Assembly: GCA_902610845.1 (NCBI GenBank)
Contig: CACLXJ010000004.1
Location: 7,116 to 71,115 of the forward strand
DNA from: an uncultured Alphaproteobacteria bacterium
GTDB lineage: Bacteria > Pseudomonadota > Alphaproteobacteria > HIMB59 > GCA-002718135
Direction of reading: 5' to 3'
DNA length: 64,000 nt
Both the position numbers and the translations under genes were made by a program. The notes under the pieces are model-generated. The model made no database searches, was not told where the DNA came from, and was given only the letters and a program-made list of their open reading frames with translations. The stretch's first letter is position 1, and each line of letters begins with the position of its first letter. Below, one piece after another: positions 9,554-19,242 of the stretch.

Positions 9554-10807
9554 CTATAAAAAGTCAAGTTCATCCTGAACTTGTGAAATAAACCTTTCAT
9601 GAGCTTCTTCAGCAGTTATTTCACCATTTGCAAGTAACGTAGTTAAGTCACGAGAAACAGAGTCAATAATTGCTCTTCCAACATGTTGATAGTCATCAGC
9701 ACTTGAACCAGCTACTGAAATGAATGGTTCAGCAAATTTTTGACCTCCATAAAAATCAAACTTTTTGTCAGCAATTCTAGAATCCTCTAGAGCTGATAAT
9801 AAAGTAGGCATACCTCCAAAGAAATCATACTTTGCAATTTGACCTTCATAAGAAAAATATGCAAGTTCAAGAAGTTTTTTTGCTACATCAACTGCTTCTG
9901 AAGATTTATGAATGGCAAAACCAGTTCCACCCCAGTGAAAAGTTTTATAACCCTCATCTCCCCAAGTAGGAAGTGGAGCAACTCTCCATTCACCCGCTTG
10001 TGTATCTCTCACAGTAGGTTGTAAGCAGCAATTATTGTACCAATCAGGTGCCATTGTTCCAACTGTTTGTTTAGAATTATATAAAACACCAGGAGTTTGA
10101 CCCCAATAATCAGTTGTATAATTTATTACACCACTCGCAAAAGCTTCTTCTTGGTATTTTAAAATGTCCATGAAAAGATCTTCATTCATTTCGAATTCGC
10201 CATCTTCATTAAAGAATTTACCACCAGCTTGTTGGTACATACCAATAAATCTTAATTCAGAAAGCATCATTGAAATACCATCTTTAGCTAAGATCTTTCC
10301 TGTTTCCATAAACTCATCCCAAGTTTTAGGAACTGATTTACCATAACTTTCAAGAATACTTGGGTTATAGTAATAAACCATATAACAACCTTCACTCTCG
10401 ATACCGTAGATTTCACCATTGGTATGAGTCCAAGCAGCTACCTTACCAGGATTCCATTGAGACATATCTCCGTACATATCAGTTAATGGTACAAAATTAT
10501 CTGAAATGATATCATCAACCATAAACAATCCGAAACCACTTATTTCTATTCCAAGTAGATCTGTATGTTCAGAACCTGAAGCTATAGCTGTTAAACTATT
10601 TGTCGCCATGTCAGGAGTAACTTGAAAGTCAAAAGTTATGTTATCATCTGGAAATGCCGCCTGCACTTCTTCTAAGTAAGTATTAAAATAATCAACGTAG
10701 AGTTGGTTATGAGTCCACATTGATAAAGTTACATCTCTAGCATTAGAAGCCGATGAAAAACCAACTAAAACTGCGAGAGATAAAATTAAGGATTTAATTA
10801 ATTTCAT
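9554..10807 (-). CDS. Sugar ABC transporter substrate-binding protein (family 1)
   Basis: Signal peptide, YYYNPSILE, PKTWDEF, WRVAPLP, WGGTGFAI; strong AAAGGGAGG RBS. Confidence 0.88.
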   Translation of the reverse strand: MKLIKSLILSLAVLVGFSSASNARDVTLSMWTHNQLYVDYFNTYLEEVQAAFPDDNITFDFQVTPDMATNSLTAIASGSEHTDLLGIEISGFGLFMVDDIISDNFVPLTDMYGDMSQWNPGKVAAWTHTNGEIYGIESEGCYMVYYYNPSILESYGKSVPKTWDEFMETGKILAKDGISMMLSELRFIGMYQQAGGKFFNEDGEFEMNEDLFMDILKYQEEAFASGVINYTTDYWGQTPGVLYNSKQTVGTMAPDWYNNCCLQPTVRDTQAGEWRVAPLPTWGDEGYKTFHWGGTGFAIHKSSEAVDVAKKLLELAYFSYEGQIAKYDFFGGMPTLLSALEDSRIADKKFDFYGGQKFAEPFISVAGSSADDYQHVGRAIIDSVSRDLTTLLANGEITAEEAHERFISQVQDELDFL

Positions 10808-10898
10808 CTTTTCCTCCCTTTAATATGTCTTATAGAAGTTATATTGGTAAAAAAATCAAGATAAAAAAGCTTATTTAACTATTAAATTTAGTTGATTT

Positions 10899-11726
10899 TT
10901 AATTATTTGGTGAAAGAACTTTTTCGTGAGGCATTACTATTTTTTTTTGAAATTCAGTAAGATTTGATAGTAATTTTTTTGAAGGTCTATACGGGTGTCT
11001 GAAAAAACCCCAAGAAGGTCCATATCTGTAAACAACAATTCTTCTTTCTCCCTTATTTGTTCTTTTTGCAGACCCATGACAGAGTGAATCAACAAATAAT
11101 AGTCCATCACCAGCTTTTAAATAAATTTCCTTTGAAGCAGTCATATTATCAGCAGATGTAACTTTGCCTTTTTTCATAGAATGTTTTTCAAATTCGGGAT
11201 GACGTATATTTGATTTATGAGATGAAGGTATAATTACAGTACCGCCATCACCAGGACCAATATCTTTTAACGCTAATAAGATATTTACTTGACCACAATG
11301 AAACTTTCCTTCTTGAAATCTATAATGATTTCTTTGAAGAGCTTCGTGATGGCCAGAGTGAATGCCAATAGCTTCCCCCGGTCCTCTTATGTTAGCAAAA
11401 TTTTCATCAATAAATAAAGGACCGTGATGTTGATCAAAAGTATCTTTGCCTCCAACAAAATGAAGCATATGATTAATCCAAGATGGATGATCAATTAATT
11501 TTTCGAATGGCTTACCTGCTTCGTAAATTTGCTGAAGATTAAGACCCTCTTTTCCACCATAGTTGTGACCATGAACATGTCCTGCCCATTCATCATTTTT
11601 TACATTTTTTAATTTATCTAAAATATTATTAAGATTTTTTAACTCTTTTTTATTTAAAGCATTTTCAATTACTAAGTATCCATTTAGATCAAATAAATAT
11701 TCATCAAGCTTAGAAATTTTTTTCAC
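10899..11726 (-). CDS. PhyH-family Fe(II)/2-oxoglutarate enzyme with H-S-G motif (candidate radical halogenase), copy A
   Basis: YLFDLNGYLVIENAL, DGGTVIIPSSH, AGDGLLF, distal H217 (LCHGS), ERR. Proximal motif is H123-S-G, not H-x-D. GTG start. Confidence 0.8.
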   Translation of the reverse strand: MKKISKLDEYLFDLNGYLVIENALNKKELKNLNNILDKLKNVKNDEWAGHVHGHNYGGKEGLNLQQIYEAGKPFEKLIDHPSWINHMLHFVGGKDTFDQHHGPLFIDENFANIRGPGEAIGIHSGHHEALQRNHYRFQEGKFHCGQVNILLALKDIGPGDGGTVIIPSSHKSNIRHPEFEKHSMKKGKVTSADNMTASKEIYLKAGDGLLFVDSLCHGSAKRTNKGERRIVVYRYGPSWGFFRHPYRPSKKLLSNLTEFQKKIVMPHEKVLSPNN

Positions 11727-11771
11727 AATTATATTTTGAAGTAAAAATTAATTCTTTTCAAGAATAAAAGT

Positions 11772-12836
11772 CTAATTTATGACTGCTTTAAACTCTCCAG
11801 TTTTATATCTTGTAGCCATTTCTCCTAAAGTTATGGAATTAATAGCGGAGGCATTCCCTGCTGTTCCAAATTCTTGTAATCTACTTTTTACAACTTCTTT
11901 CATAGCATCTTTTGAAAGTAATAAATATTTTCGTGGATCAAACTGAGAAGGATTCTCATGAAAATATTTTCTTACTGCAGCTGTGGCTGCTAATCGTAAA
12001 TCTGTATCAACATTAACTTTTCTAACACCATGCTTAATACCTTCTTGAATCTCTGAAACAGGTACACCATATGTTTCTTTTATTTTTCCACCGTATTCAT
12101 TAATAGTTTTTATTAAGTCTTGTGGTACAGAAGATGATCCATGCATAACTAAGTGGGTATTTGGAAGTCTTGAATGTATTTCTTTAATTCTATCGATTGC
12201 TAAAATATCACCTGTAGGTGGTCTAGAAAATTTATATGCACCATGACTTGTTCCTATAGCAATTGCTAGAGCATCAACATTTGTTGCTTTAACAAAGTCT
12301 GAAGCTTCATTTGGATCCGTTAACAATTGATCATGATCAAGCTTACCTTCTGCTCCAACACCATCTTCTTTTTCACCAGTCCCAGTTTCTAAAGAGCCTA
12401 AACATCCAATTTCACCTTCTACAGAAACTCCCAATGCGTGTGCCATATCAGTAGTTTCTTTAGTAACTCTAACATTATAATCAAAATCTGAAGGTGTTTT
12501 TTGATCATCCAATAAAGAACCATCCATCATCACAGAAGTAAAACCAAGATCGATACAATTTTTACAATCTGATGGAGAACCACCATGATCTTGATGTAAA
12601 ACAGTTGGAATGTCTGAAAACTCGTCCATTGCTGCTTCAACTAATTTTTTAACAAAAATTGGTCCAGCATATTTTCTGGCAGCACCAGACGCTTGCAGAA
12701 TAACAGGACTATTTAATTCTTTAGCCCCTTCCATTATTGCTCTGATTGCTTCTAAGTTATTAACGTTAAATGCAGGTACACCATAATTATTTTCAGCTGC
12801 ATGATCTAATAGTTGTCGAAGTGAGATTAATGACAT
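11772..12836 (-). CDS. fba: Fructose-bisphosphate aldolase class II (CbbA/Fba type)
   Basis: [46 protein letters not shown]. Start moved to [15 protein letters not shown]. Confidence 0.95.
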   Translation of the reverse strand: MSLISLRQLLDHAAENNYGVPAFNVNNLEAIRAIMEGAKELNSPVILQASGAARKYAGPIFVKKLVEAAMDEFSDIPTVLHQDHGGSPSDCKNCIDLGFTSVMMDGSLLDDQKTPSDFDYNVRVTKETTDMAHALGVSVEGEIGCLGSLETGTGEKEDGVGAEGKLDHDQLLTDPNEASDFVKATNVDALAIAIGTSHGAYKFSRPPTGDILAIDRIKEIHSRLPNTHLVMHGSSSVPQDLIKTINEYGGKIKETYGVPVSEIQEGIKHGVRKVNVDTDLRLAATAAVRKYFHENPSQFDPRKYLLLSKDAMKEVVKSRLQEFGTAGNASAINSITLGEMATRYKTGEFKAVIN

Positions 12837-12881
12837 ATGGGATATCTTCTTAAACATTAAAAAAATTAATTCAACAATACA

Positions 12882-14015
12882 GTGAGAGAAATTTTTAAAT
12901 ATTCAAATTTAATTTTTTTATATGCTTTATCTCATAGTTATCTTGCAACTTGTTTTGCAATAGATCTTAAAATTCAAGGATACGAGGAACGCTATATTGG
13001 ATTATCATTATCTTTGTGGGGAGTTGGTGTAATTTTTGGAGCAATATTACATAATTTAGTTAGAAAAAAATTAAATTTATTTTCTACAATTTTATATGGT
13101 TCAATAATTCAATTAAGTTTTTCTATAATTTTTTTAATTGATCAAAATACTTTTCTAGTAGCTATTATGCAATTTGTCATGGGAATAACAAGTGCAATTA
13201 ATTCTTTAACTTTAGAAACATACATAAGTTCAAAATTTAGAAAATCATCTGGATTTTATATTTCATTGTTTTGGTCATCAGCAGGTTTAGGCGCAATTAC
13301 TGGTAGTCTTATTATTGCTATTAATGGAATAAATAATTTTACATATTATATTGCCGTTATATTTTTCTTTTTACACTTTATTCCAATCTTTTTATTTAGA
13401 TTTTCTATAAAACAAATTAGTATTGAAAATGTCAGCATAAAATTATCCAAAGATGTTCTAAATAAAATTAAATATTTGCTTATGTGTGTTGTTTTATTTG
13501 GTGCATGTGATGCAGGTTTTAGCTCATTATTTCCATCATATTTATTAGAAGAATCATATAGTGATAAACAAGTTGGAAGAATAAATTTTTTAGCTGGATT
13601 AATTGCTTTAGTTTTTTATCCCTTTATGGGTAAGTTAATAGATAATTATAATAAGACTGTTATTTTTAATACTTTTTGTTCTATGAATTTTATTAATTTA
13701 TTTATTCTTTATTTTATCAGTGATTTTTATGTCTATATAATTTGTGTAGCATTTTATTATTACACCATTGGAACAGTTTTCTTAATTACATTTAATATTG
13801 TAGGTAAAAAACTTGAAGGAGGAGTAATAGTTTTTGGAATAGCTGGTCACTATATTAGTGAAAATATTGGAAGTTTTCTTGGTCCAAATTTAATTGGTAA
13901 TATCATTAATATAAATATTAATTATTTTTTTTTAATATTTGTTTTCTTATATTTCTTAATTGTTTTACTGTTCAATTTTAATCAAATTAAAAATGGTGGG
14001 CTCTCAGGGACTTGA
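12882..14015 (+). CDS. Major facilitator superfamily transporter
   Basis: About 12 hydrophobic segments, GKLIDNYNK loop resembling MFS motif [14 protein letters not shown] start; 3' end overlaps the tRNA on the opposite strand. Confidence 0.75.
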   Translation: MREIFKYSNLIFLYALSHSYLATCFAIDLKIQGYEERYIGLSLSLWGVGVIFGAILHNLVRKKLNLFSTILYGSIIQLSFSIIFLIDQNTFLVAIMQFVMGITSAINSLTLETYISSKFRKSSGFYISLFWSSAGLGAITGSLIIAINGINNFTYYIAVIFFFLHFIPIFLFRFSIKQISIENVSIKLSKDVLNKIKYLLMCVVLFGACDAGFSSLFPSYLLEESYSDKQVGRINFLAGLIALVFYPFMGKLIDNYNKTVIFNTFCSMNFINLFILYFISDFYVYIICVAFYYYTIGTVFLITFNIVGKKLEGGVIVFGIAGHYISENIGSFLGPNLIGNIINININYFFLIFVFLYFLIVLLFNFNQIKNGGLSGT

Positions 14016-14070
14016 ACCCCGGACCACCCCGTTATGAGCGGGGCGCTCTAACCAACTGAGCTAAGAGCCC
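13994..14070 (-). tRNA. tRNA with CAU anticodon, most likely tRNA-Ile2 (lysidine-modified); elongator Met not excluded
   Basis: GGGCTCTTAGCTCAGTTGGTTAGAGCGCCCCGCT-CAT-AACGGGGTGGTCCGGGGTTCAAGTCCCTGAGAGCCCACCA folds as a cloverleaf with encoded CCA. The G1-C72 pair argues against initiator tRNA. Confidence 0.9.
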
Positions 14071-14155
14071 TTTTTATGCCCTATACATGTAAATTTGATG
14101 ATTATTAAGCTTTAATTTTATATTGTTATATAGAATTTAATAATATTTAACTTTT

Positions 14156-14989
14156 ATGCAGCATCCTAGTGAATTAGAAAAATATCTTTTTGATCTCAAA
14201 GGATTTATCATAATCAAAAACGCTTTGTCGAAAAAGGAATTAAAAGATTGTAACAAAATAATAGATAAAATTAAAAGTACACCTTCAGATCAATGGAAGG
14301 GAAATGTGCATAGTAAAGGAAATATAGATCAGCATGGAGTTGAACTTCAACAAATTTACGAAGCTGGTAAACCTTTTGAAAAATTAATTGATCACTCTTC
14401 ATGGATAAATCATATGAAACACTTTGTGGGCGGAGAAGGAACATTTGATTATAATCATGGACCATTATTTATCGATGAAAACTTCGTAAATGTTAGAGGA
14501 CCTGGAAAAGCTATTCCAGTTCATTCTGGTGCTCATGAAGGTACTCAAAGAGGACACTATAGATATCAAAATGGAAAGTTTCATTGTGGTCAAATAAACA
14601 TTTTGGTAGCATTAACTAAAATCAATAAAGGTGATGGAGGAACAGTTATAATTCCTGGATCACATAAGTCTAATTTAAAACATCCTCAATTTGACAAGTA
14701 TAAATTAAAAAAAGATGGAAAGTATAAAACTGCTGATAGCATGATTGGATCAGAAGAGGTCTATTTAAATGCAGGTGATGCTATATTATTTGTTGATTCT
14801 CTTTGTCATGGATCTTCGAGAAGAATTAATAAAGGAGAAAGAAGAGTTGTTATATATAGATATGGTCCATCTTGGGGCTTCTTCAGGAATAACTACAGGC
14901 CTTCAAAAGAATTATTAAATAGACTAACTAAACTTCAAAGAAATATTGTAATGCCTCATGAAAAGGTAATGTCTCCAGAAATAAATTAA
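14156..14989 (+). CDS. PhyH-family Fe(II)/2-oxoglutarate enzyme with H-S-G motif (candidate radical halogenase), copy B
   Basis: Paralog of 10899-11726 (about two-thirds identical by manual alignment). H123-S-G, distal H218 (LCHGS), ERR. Confidence 0.8.
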   Translation: MQHPSELEKYLFDLKGFIIIKNALSKKELKDCNKIIDKIKSTPSDQWKGNVHSKGNIDQHGVELQQIYEAGKPFEKLIDHSSWINHMKHFVGGEGTFDYNHGPLFIDENFVNVRGPGKAIPVHSGAHEGTQRGHYRYQNGKFHCGQINILVALTKINKGDGGTVIIPGSHKSNLKHPQFDKYKLKKDGKYKTADSMIGSEEVYLNAGDAILFVDSLCHGSSRRINKGERRVVIYRYGPSWGFFRNNYRPSKELLNRLTKLQRNIVMPHEKVMSPEIN

Positions 14990-16512
14990 AGGGACGCAAA
15001 TTCTAAATAGTCGTTGTGTTTAATAAAATCTTTCATTTGATCATCATATTGATCATTGAAACGTTTGTATTCATCTCTGGCAAAAGGTTTTAGATTAAAA
15101 TTATTCATTTCTTCTCTTGCAATATCTTTTTTAAGCAAACCAAGTCCATCTAAAACAGGATAGTATAATTGTGACTGAACATGTGGTAGCCCTGATAGAT
15201 ATAAATCAAAATCACTCATCCTAGGTAGTTGGTTGTTCCATTTATTAATTAATTTTAAGGTATCTTCATGGATGCATTCATTTTTTATAAATTTCCAAAA
15301 ATCACTATCCTCCCTATTTGAAATATAATGTGTATTCAGAAATATCATGAAGTCATCAAATTGATGTCCTACTCTTTCATTAAATTCATCAATTACCTTT
15401 TCATTATTAAAATCCATTTCTTCTTTAAGATAATCGGTTGCAAATAAGATCATTTGTATCAGAGTACTATGGATTGAAGTAGCTTCTAATGGTTCAAGGA
15501 AGCCAGAGGCTAATCCAATGGCAATACAATTTTTTACCCATGATTTTTCTATTCTTCCAGAAGTAAATTTTATGTCATTTCTCGGTTCAATTTCGTGTCC
15601 TAAAACTTTCTCTATTTCAATTTTAGCTTCTTCAGGACTAGTAAAATCATCACAATATACATAACCCGCACCAATTCTTTCTTGAGTTGGTATTTGCCAC
15701 ATCCAACCATTTTTTTGTGCCCAAGCTAAAGTATAATTACTAATATTTTTTTCATCTAATTTTAAAAAAAAAGGCATAGCTCTATTTACTGGTAAATTTT
15801 TTTGATAAGATTTCCAACCAACATTAAATATTTTATTTATAAGAAGTTTTCTGAAGCCTGTACAATCAAAGACTAAATCTGTTTCAATTTCTTTTCCACT
15901 TTTAAAATGAAGTTTTTCAATTTCTCCGTTTTGATTTAATGATGCATGAGTATAAACTTCATCTAGAATTTCTATATTTTTAGATCTTTTTCTTAAATAG
16001 TTTCCAACAAGATTATTATCAAAATGATAAGCATAGAAAAAAGGACTCTTTAAATCTGGTCTATTGTTTTCAAAATTAAAGGGAACTTTATTTTTTTCCA
16101 TTAGTTTTGTATGCAAGTGTACATCAGCAACTGATCTACCCGCAGCAACAGCATAAACATTTAAATATTCAAAATCTTCGGGAACTTTTTTAGAGGCTAA
16201 TAAGTGTGGGTCATCAATAGGTCCATAATATTGATGATTTAGTTCTTTCCAGTCTTTATGAACAATTCCAAATTTTAAGGTTGCTTTTGTTTCTTTTAGA
16301 AAGTCTAATTCATCTAAGTTATATCTTTTTAAAAAATCATAAAATATACCTGTTGTCCCTTCTCCTACACCAATTATCGGAATACTAGAAGGATCAACAA
16401 TGGTTACTTTTATATCTTGTTTGTTTGTATAAAAAAAATCACTAAGAATATATGCAGAAATCCAACCGGCAGTTCCCGCACCAAGAATAGTAACATTTTT
16501 TATTTTTCTCAT
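14986..16512 (-). CDS. Flavin-dependent halogenase (tryptophan halogenase family)
   Basis: GAGTAG FAD motif, IGVGEGT, catalytic Lys K80 in ATLKFGI..DW, AYHFD, WMWQIP (WxWxIP), FLEPLEATSI. Confidence 0.9.
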   Translation of the reverse strand: MRKIKNVTILGAGTAGWISAYILSDFFYTNKQDIKVTIVDPSSIPIIGVGEGTTGIFYDFLKRYNLDELDFLKETKATLKFGIVHKDWKELNHQYYGPIDDPHLLASKKVPEDFEYLNVYAVAAGRSVADVHLHTKLMEKNKVPFNFENNRPDLKSPFFYAYHFDNNLVGNYLRKRSKNIEILDEVYTHASLNQNGEIEKLHFKSGKEIETDLVFDCTGFRKLLINKIFNVGWKSYQKNLPVNRAMPFFLKLDEKNISNYTLAWAQKNGWMWQIPTQERIGAGYVYCDDFTSPEEAKIEIEKVLGHEIEPRNDIKFTSGRIEKSWVKNCIAIGLASGFLEPLEATSIHSTLIQMILFATDYLKEEMDFNNEKVIDEFNERVGHQFDDFMIFLNTHYISNREDSDFWKFIKNECIHEDTLKLINKWNNQLPRMSDFDLYLSGLPHVQSQLYYPVLDGLGLLKKDIAREEMNNFNLKPFARDEYKRFNDQYDDQMKDFIKHNDYLEFASL

Positions 16513-18134
16513 TAGAAGATAATATCAAAGGCAGATTTTATTAAATTCTTCGTATAATCATTCTGTGGGTTTTTTAATATATTTTTTGCCACACCCTGCT
16601 CTAAAATTGACCCATCTTTCATAACAATTAAATTGTGACTTATCGATCTAATAACTCTTAGGTCATGACTAATAAAAATATAAGTAGTTTTATGATTTTC
16701 TTGAAGCTGTAGCAATAATTCTAAAATTTGTTTTTGAATAGATAAATCAAGTGCAGATGTAGGTTCATCTAAGAGCACAAATTTTGGGTTTAAAACAAAC
16801 GATCTTGCAATAGCAATTCTTTGTCTTTGTCCTCCAGAAAACTCATGGGGAAATCTAAGCATAGAACTGGGTTCTAAACCAACTTCATTCATTATATTTT
16901 CAATTTTATTTAAACGCTCGTTTTTATCTTTTACATTCAGCGCTACAATTAATCCTTCTTCAATAATTTGTTTAACTGACAATCGAGGATTTAAAGATGC
17001 GTATGGATCTTGGAAAACAATCTGCATTTGATTTCTAAATGGTTTAAATTGCTTTCTAGATAAATTATCAATTCTATCTTCAAAGAAATTTATTTTACCC
17101 TCTACTTCTGTGTTAGATTCTCTGTCGACTAATCTTAATAAAGTTTGACCTAAAGTAGTTTTACCGGATCCACTTTCACCAACAATTCCGAGAGTCTCAC
17201 CTTCTTTAAGATCGAGACTAATATTATTAACAGCATTAATTGATAAAACTTTATTTTTACCTGAAACTTTTACTTTAGTATTGAAGGTTACATTAAGATT
17301 ATCTCCCGCAAGTATACTTCTTCCACTCTTATCATAATATAAATCTCTTTCTTCTGGCTCTGAAGATAATAAGTGTTTTGTATAATTATCTTTTGGATTT
17401 TCAAAAATTTCTTTTGTTTTTCCTGTTTCCTTTATACTTCCATTATACATTACACAAACTCTATCACTAATTTGTCTGACTATTGTAAGATCATGTGTGA
17501 TAAACAAAATTGACATTTGATATTTTTTTTGAAGACCTTGGAGTAATTTGAGAATCTCTGTTTGTACTGTAACATCAAGAGCGGTAGTTGGTTCATCAGC
17601 AATAAGTAAATCAGGATTATTAGCTATAGCAATAGCAATCATAACTCTTTGCCTTTGCCCTCCTGATAATTGATGTGGGTACTGTGATAATCTAGATTCT
17701 GGTTCTGGTATTTGAACTTGATTTAACAATTCTAAACATTTCTCTTTAAGCTCTTTATCTGAAAATTTTCCGTGAATTTTTAAAACTTCACTGATTTGAT
17801 TTTCAATTGTGTATATGGGATTTAACGAACTCATCGGTTCCTGAAAAATCATTGAAATATTTTTTCCTCTAATATTTTGATACTCTTTCTCTGAATAAGA
17901 ATTTATATTTGTTCCATTAAATTTAATTGAAGTTTTGTCAGATATTACAGCGTTCTCGGCAAGTAATCGAATGATCCCTCTGGCTGTAACTGATTTTCCA
18001 GAGCCGCTTTCTCCAACCAATGCTAAAGTTTCACCTTTTTTAATATGAAATGATATTCCATTTACTGCATTAACTTCACCACTATCAGTATTAAATTTTA
18101 CAAACAGATTTTCTATTTCAACAAGATTGGTCAT
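16512..18134 (-). CDS. ABC transporter ATP-binding protein with two NBDs (Opp/Dpp type; AgpD/MelE-like)
   Basis: Two Walker A motifs (GESGSGKS, GESGSGKT), two SGGQRQR signatures, two DEPT motifs. Confidence 0.95.
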   Translation of the reverse strand: MTNLVEIENLFVKFNTDSGEVNAVNGISFHIKKGETLALVGESGSGKSVTARGIIRLLAENAVISDKTSIKFNGTNINSYSEKEYQNIRGKNISMIFQEPMSSLNPIYTIENQISEVLKIHGKFSDKELKEKCLELLNQVQIPEPESRLSQYPHQLSGGQRQRVMIAIAIANNPDLLIADEPTTALDVTVQTEILKLLQGLQKKYQMSILFITHDLTIVRQISDRVCVMYNGSIKETGKTKEIFENPKDNYTKHLLSSEPEERDLYYDKSGRSILAGDNLNVTFNTKVKVSGKNKVLSINAVNNISLDLKEGETLGIVGESGSGKTTLGQTLLRLVDRESNTEVEGKINFFEDRIDNLSRKQFKPFRNQMQIVFQDPYASLNPRLSVKQIIEEGLIVALNVKDKNERLNKIENIMNEVGLEPSSMLRFPHEFSGGQRQRIAIARSFVLNPKFVLLDEPTSALDLSIQKQILELLLQLQENHKTTYIFISHDLRVIRSISHNLIVMKDGSILEQGVAKNILKNPQNDYTKNLIKSAFDIIF

Positions 18135-19237
18135 TATTTTTTAGTAGTTGTTGCATAAGGATCAATTGCATCTCTCAAAGCATCGCCCAAAGCATTAAAT
18201 CCTAAAACTGAAATTAAGATTGCAAATACAGGACTTAGGACCCATGGATAACTTCCAATGGTTCGCAAATCTTGAGCAGAGTTTAATTGTAGCCCCCAAC
18301 TAACAAAAGGTGATTGAATCCCAAGTCCTAAAAAACTAAAAAAACTCTCGGTTAAAATTACTGATGGTATTAATAGTGACACACTAACTATAACATGACT
18401 GGTAACATTCGGAAGTAAATGTCGATAAATAATTCTTAAATCATTTGAACCTAATGCTTCAGCTGCTTTAATATAATCCAATCTTCTTAGTGATAGAGTT
18501 TTTCCACGAACCTCTCTTGATAGCTGTGCCCATCTCAGTGATGATAAAATAAATGCCATAAAAATAAATATTAAAAATGGATCCATCTGTCTTGGAAGTA
18601 TTGCGACAAGTGATAAATATAATGGTAAATCAGGAAAGGCTAAAGCTAGTTCTGTAACCCTTTGAGTAGCAATATCAAATTTTCCTGCAAAATAACCAGA
18701 ACTTATTCCAACTAAAATACCAATGAAAGTGGTAATACTAACTACTATTAGTGCAAATAATAATGTTACTCTGCTTCCTTTAAAAATTCTTGATAGCATA
18801 TCTCTACCGTAAGCATCAGATCCAAGGAAAAATACTTTAGATCCATCTTTAGTGGTAAATAAGTGAAAATCTAATTTCATTCCAAGAAAATTATATTTCC
18901 ACCCCCTTGTAAAAAAATAAAGATAATTTTTTTGTGAATAATCTGTCTCCATTATAGGTTCAAATGTATCAGGATCAAAAGACTCATTAAAACCATATGA
19001 GAATGGTCTTAAAGAAAAATTATTTTCTTCATCAAAAAAGTGAATTCCCTGCGGTGGATAAAATACTCTATCACTATCTCTTGCCGCAGGATCATAAGGT
19101 GATAAAAAATCTGCAAAAACTGCAGAAAAAATTAAAAACCCTACAAAGACTAAACCAAGTATTCCAACTCTATTTTTTAAAAATCTTTTTTTGACAAGAG
19201 AAAAATAAGAATTTTGCAAGTTAGAACTTATTTCCAT
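18134..19237 (-). CDS. ABC transporter permease (OppC type; AgpC-like)
   Basis: LGSDAYGRD, YIKAAEALG, GDALRDAIDP. Start moved to ATG 19237. Confidence 0.92.
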   Translation of the reverse strand: MEISSNLQNSYFSLVKKRFLKNRVGILGLVFVGFLIFSAVFADFLSPYDPAARDSDRVFYPPQGIHFFDEENNFSLRPFSYGFNESFDPDTFEPIMETDYSQKNYLYFFTRGWKYNFLGMKLDFHLFTTKDGSKVFFLGSDAYGRDMLSRIFKGSRVTLLFALIVVSITTFIGILVGISSGYFAGKFDIATQRVTELALAFPDLPLYLSLVAILPRQMDPFLIFIFMAFILSSLRWAQLSREVRGKTLSLRRLDYIKAAEALGSNDLRIIYRHLLPNVTSHVIVSVSLLIPSVILTESFFSFLGLGIQSPFVSWGLQLNSAQDLRTIGSYPWVLSPVFAILISVLGFNALGDALRDAIDPYATTTKK

Positions 19238-19242
19238 AATAT

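Noticed and set aside
13994-14070. tRNA as attachment site of an integrative element or prophage
   Set aside because: No integrase or phage genes, and no duplicated tRNA 3' end noticed by eye in the window. Kept only as a weak possibility.
10899-14989. Inverted paralogs as an invertible (phase-variation) cassette
   Set aside because: The copies are too diverged at nucleotide level, with no long identical repeats and no recombinase nearby.
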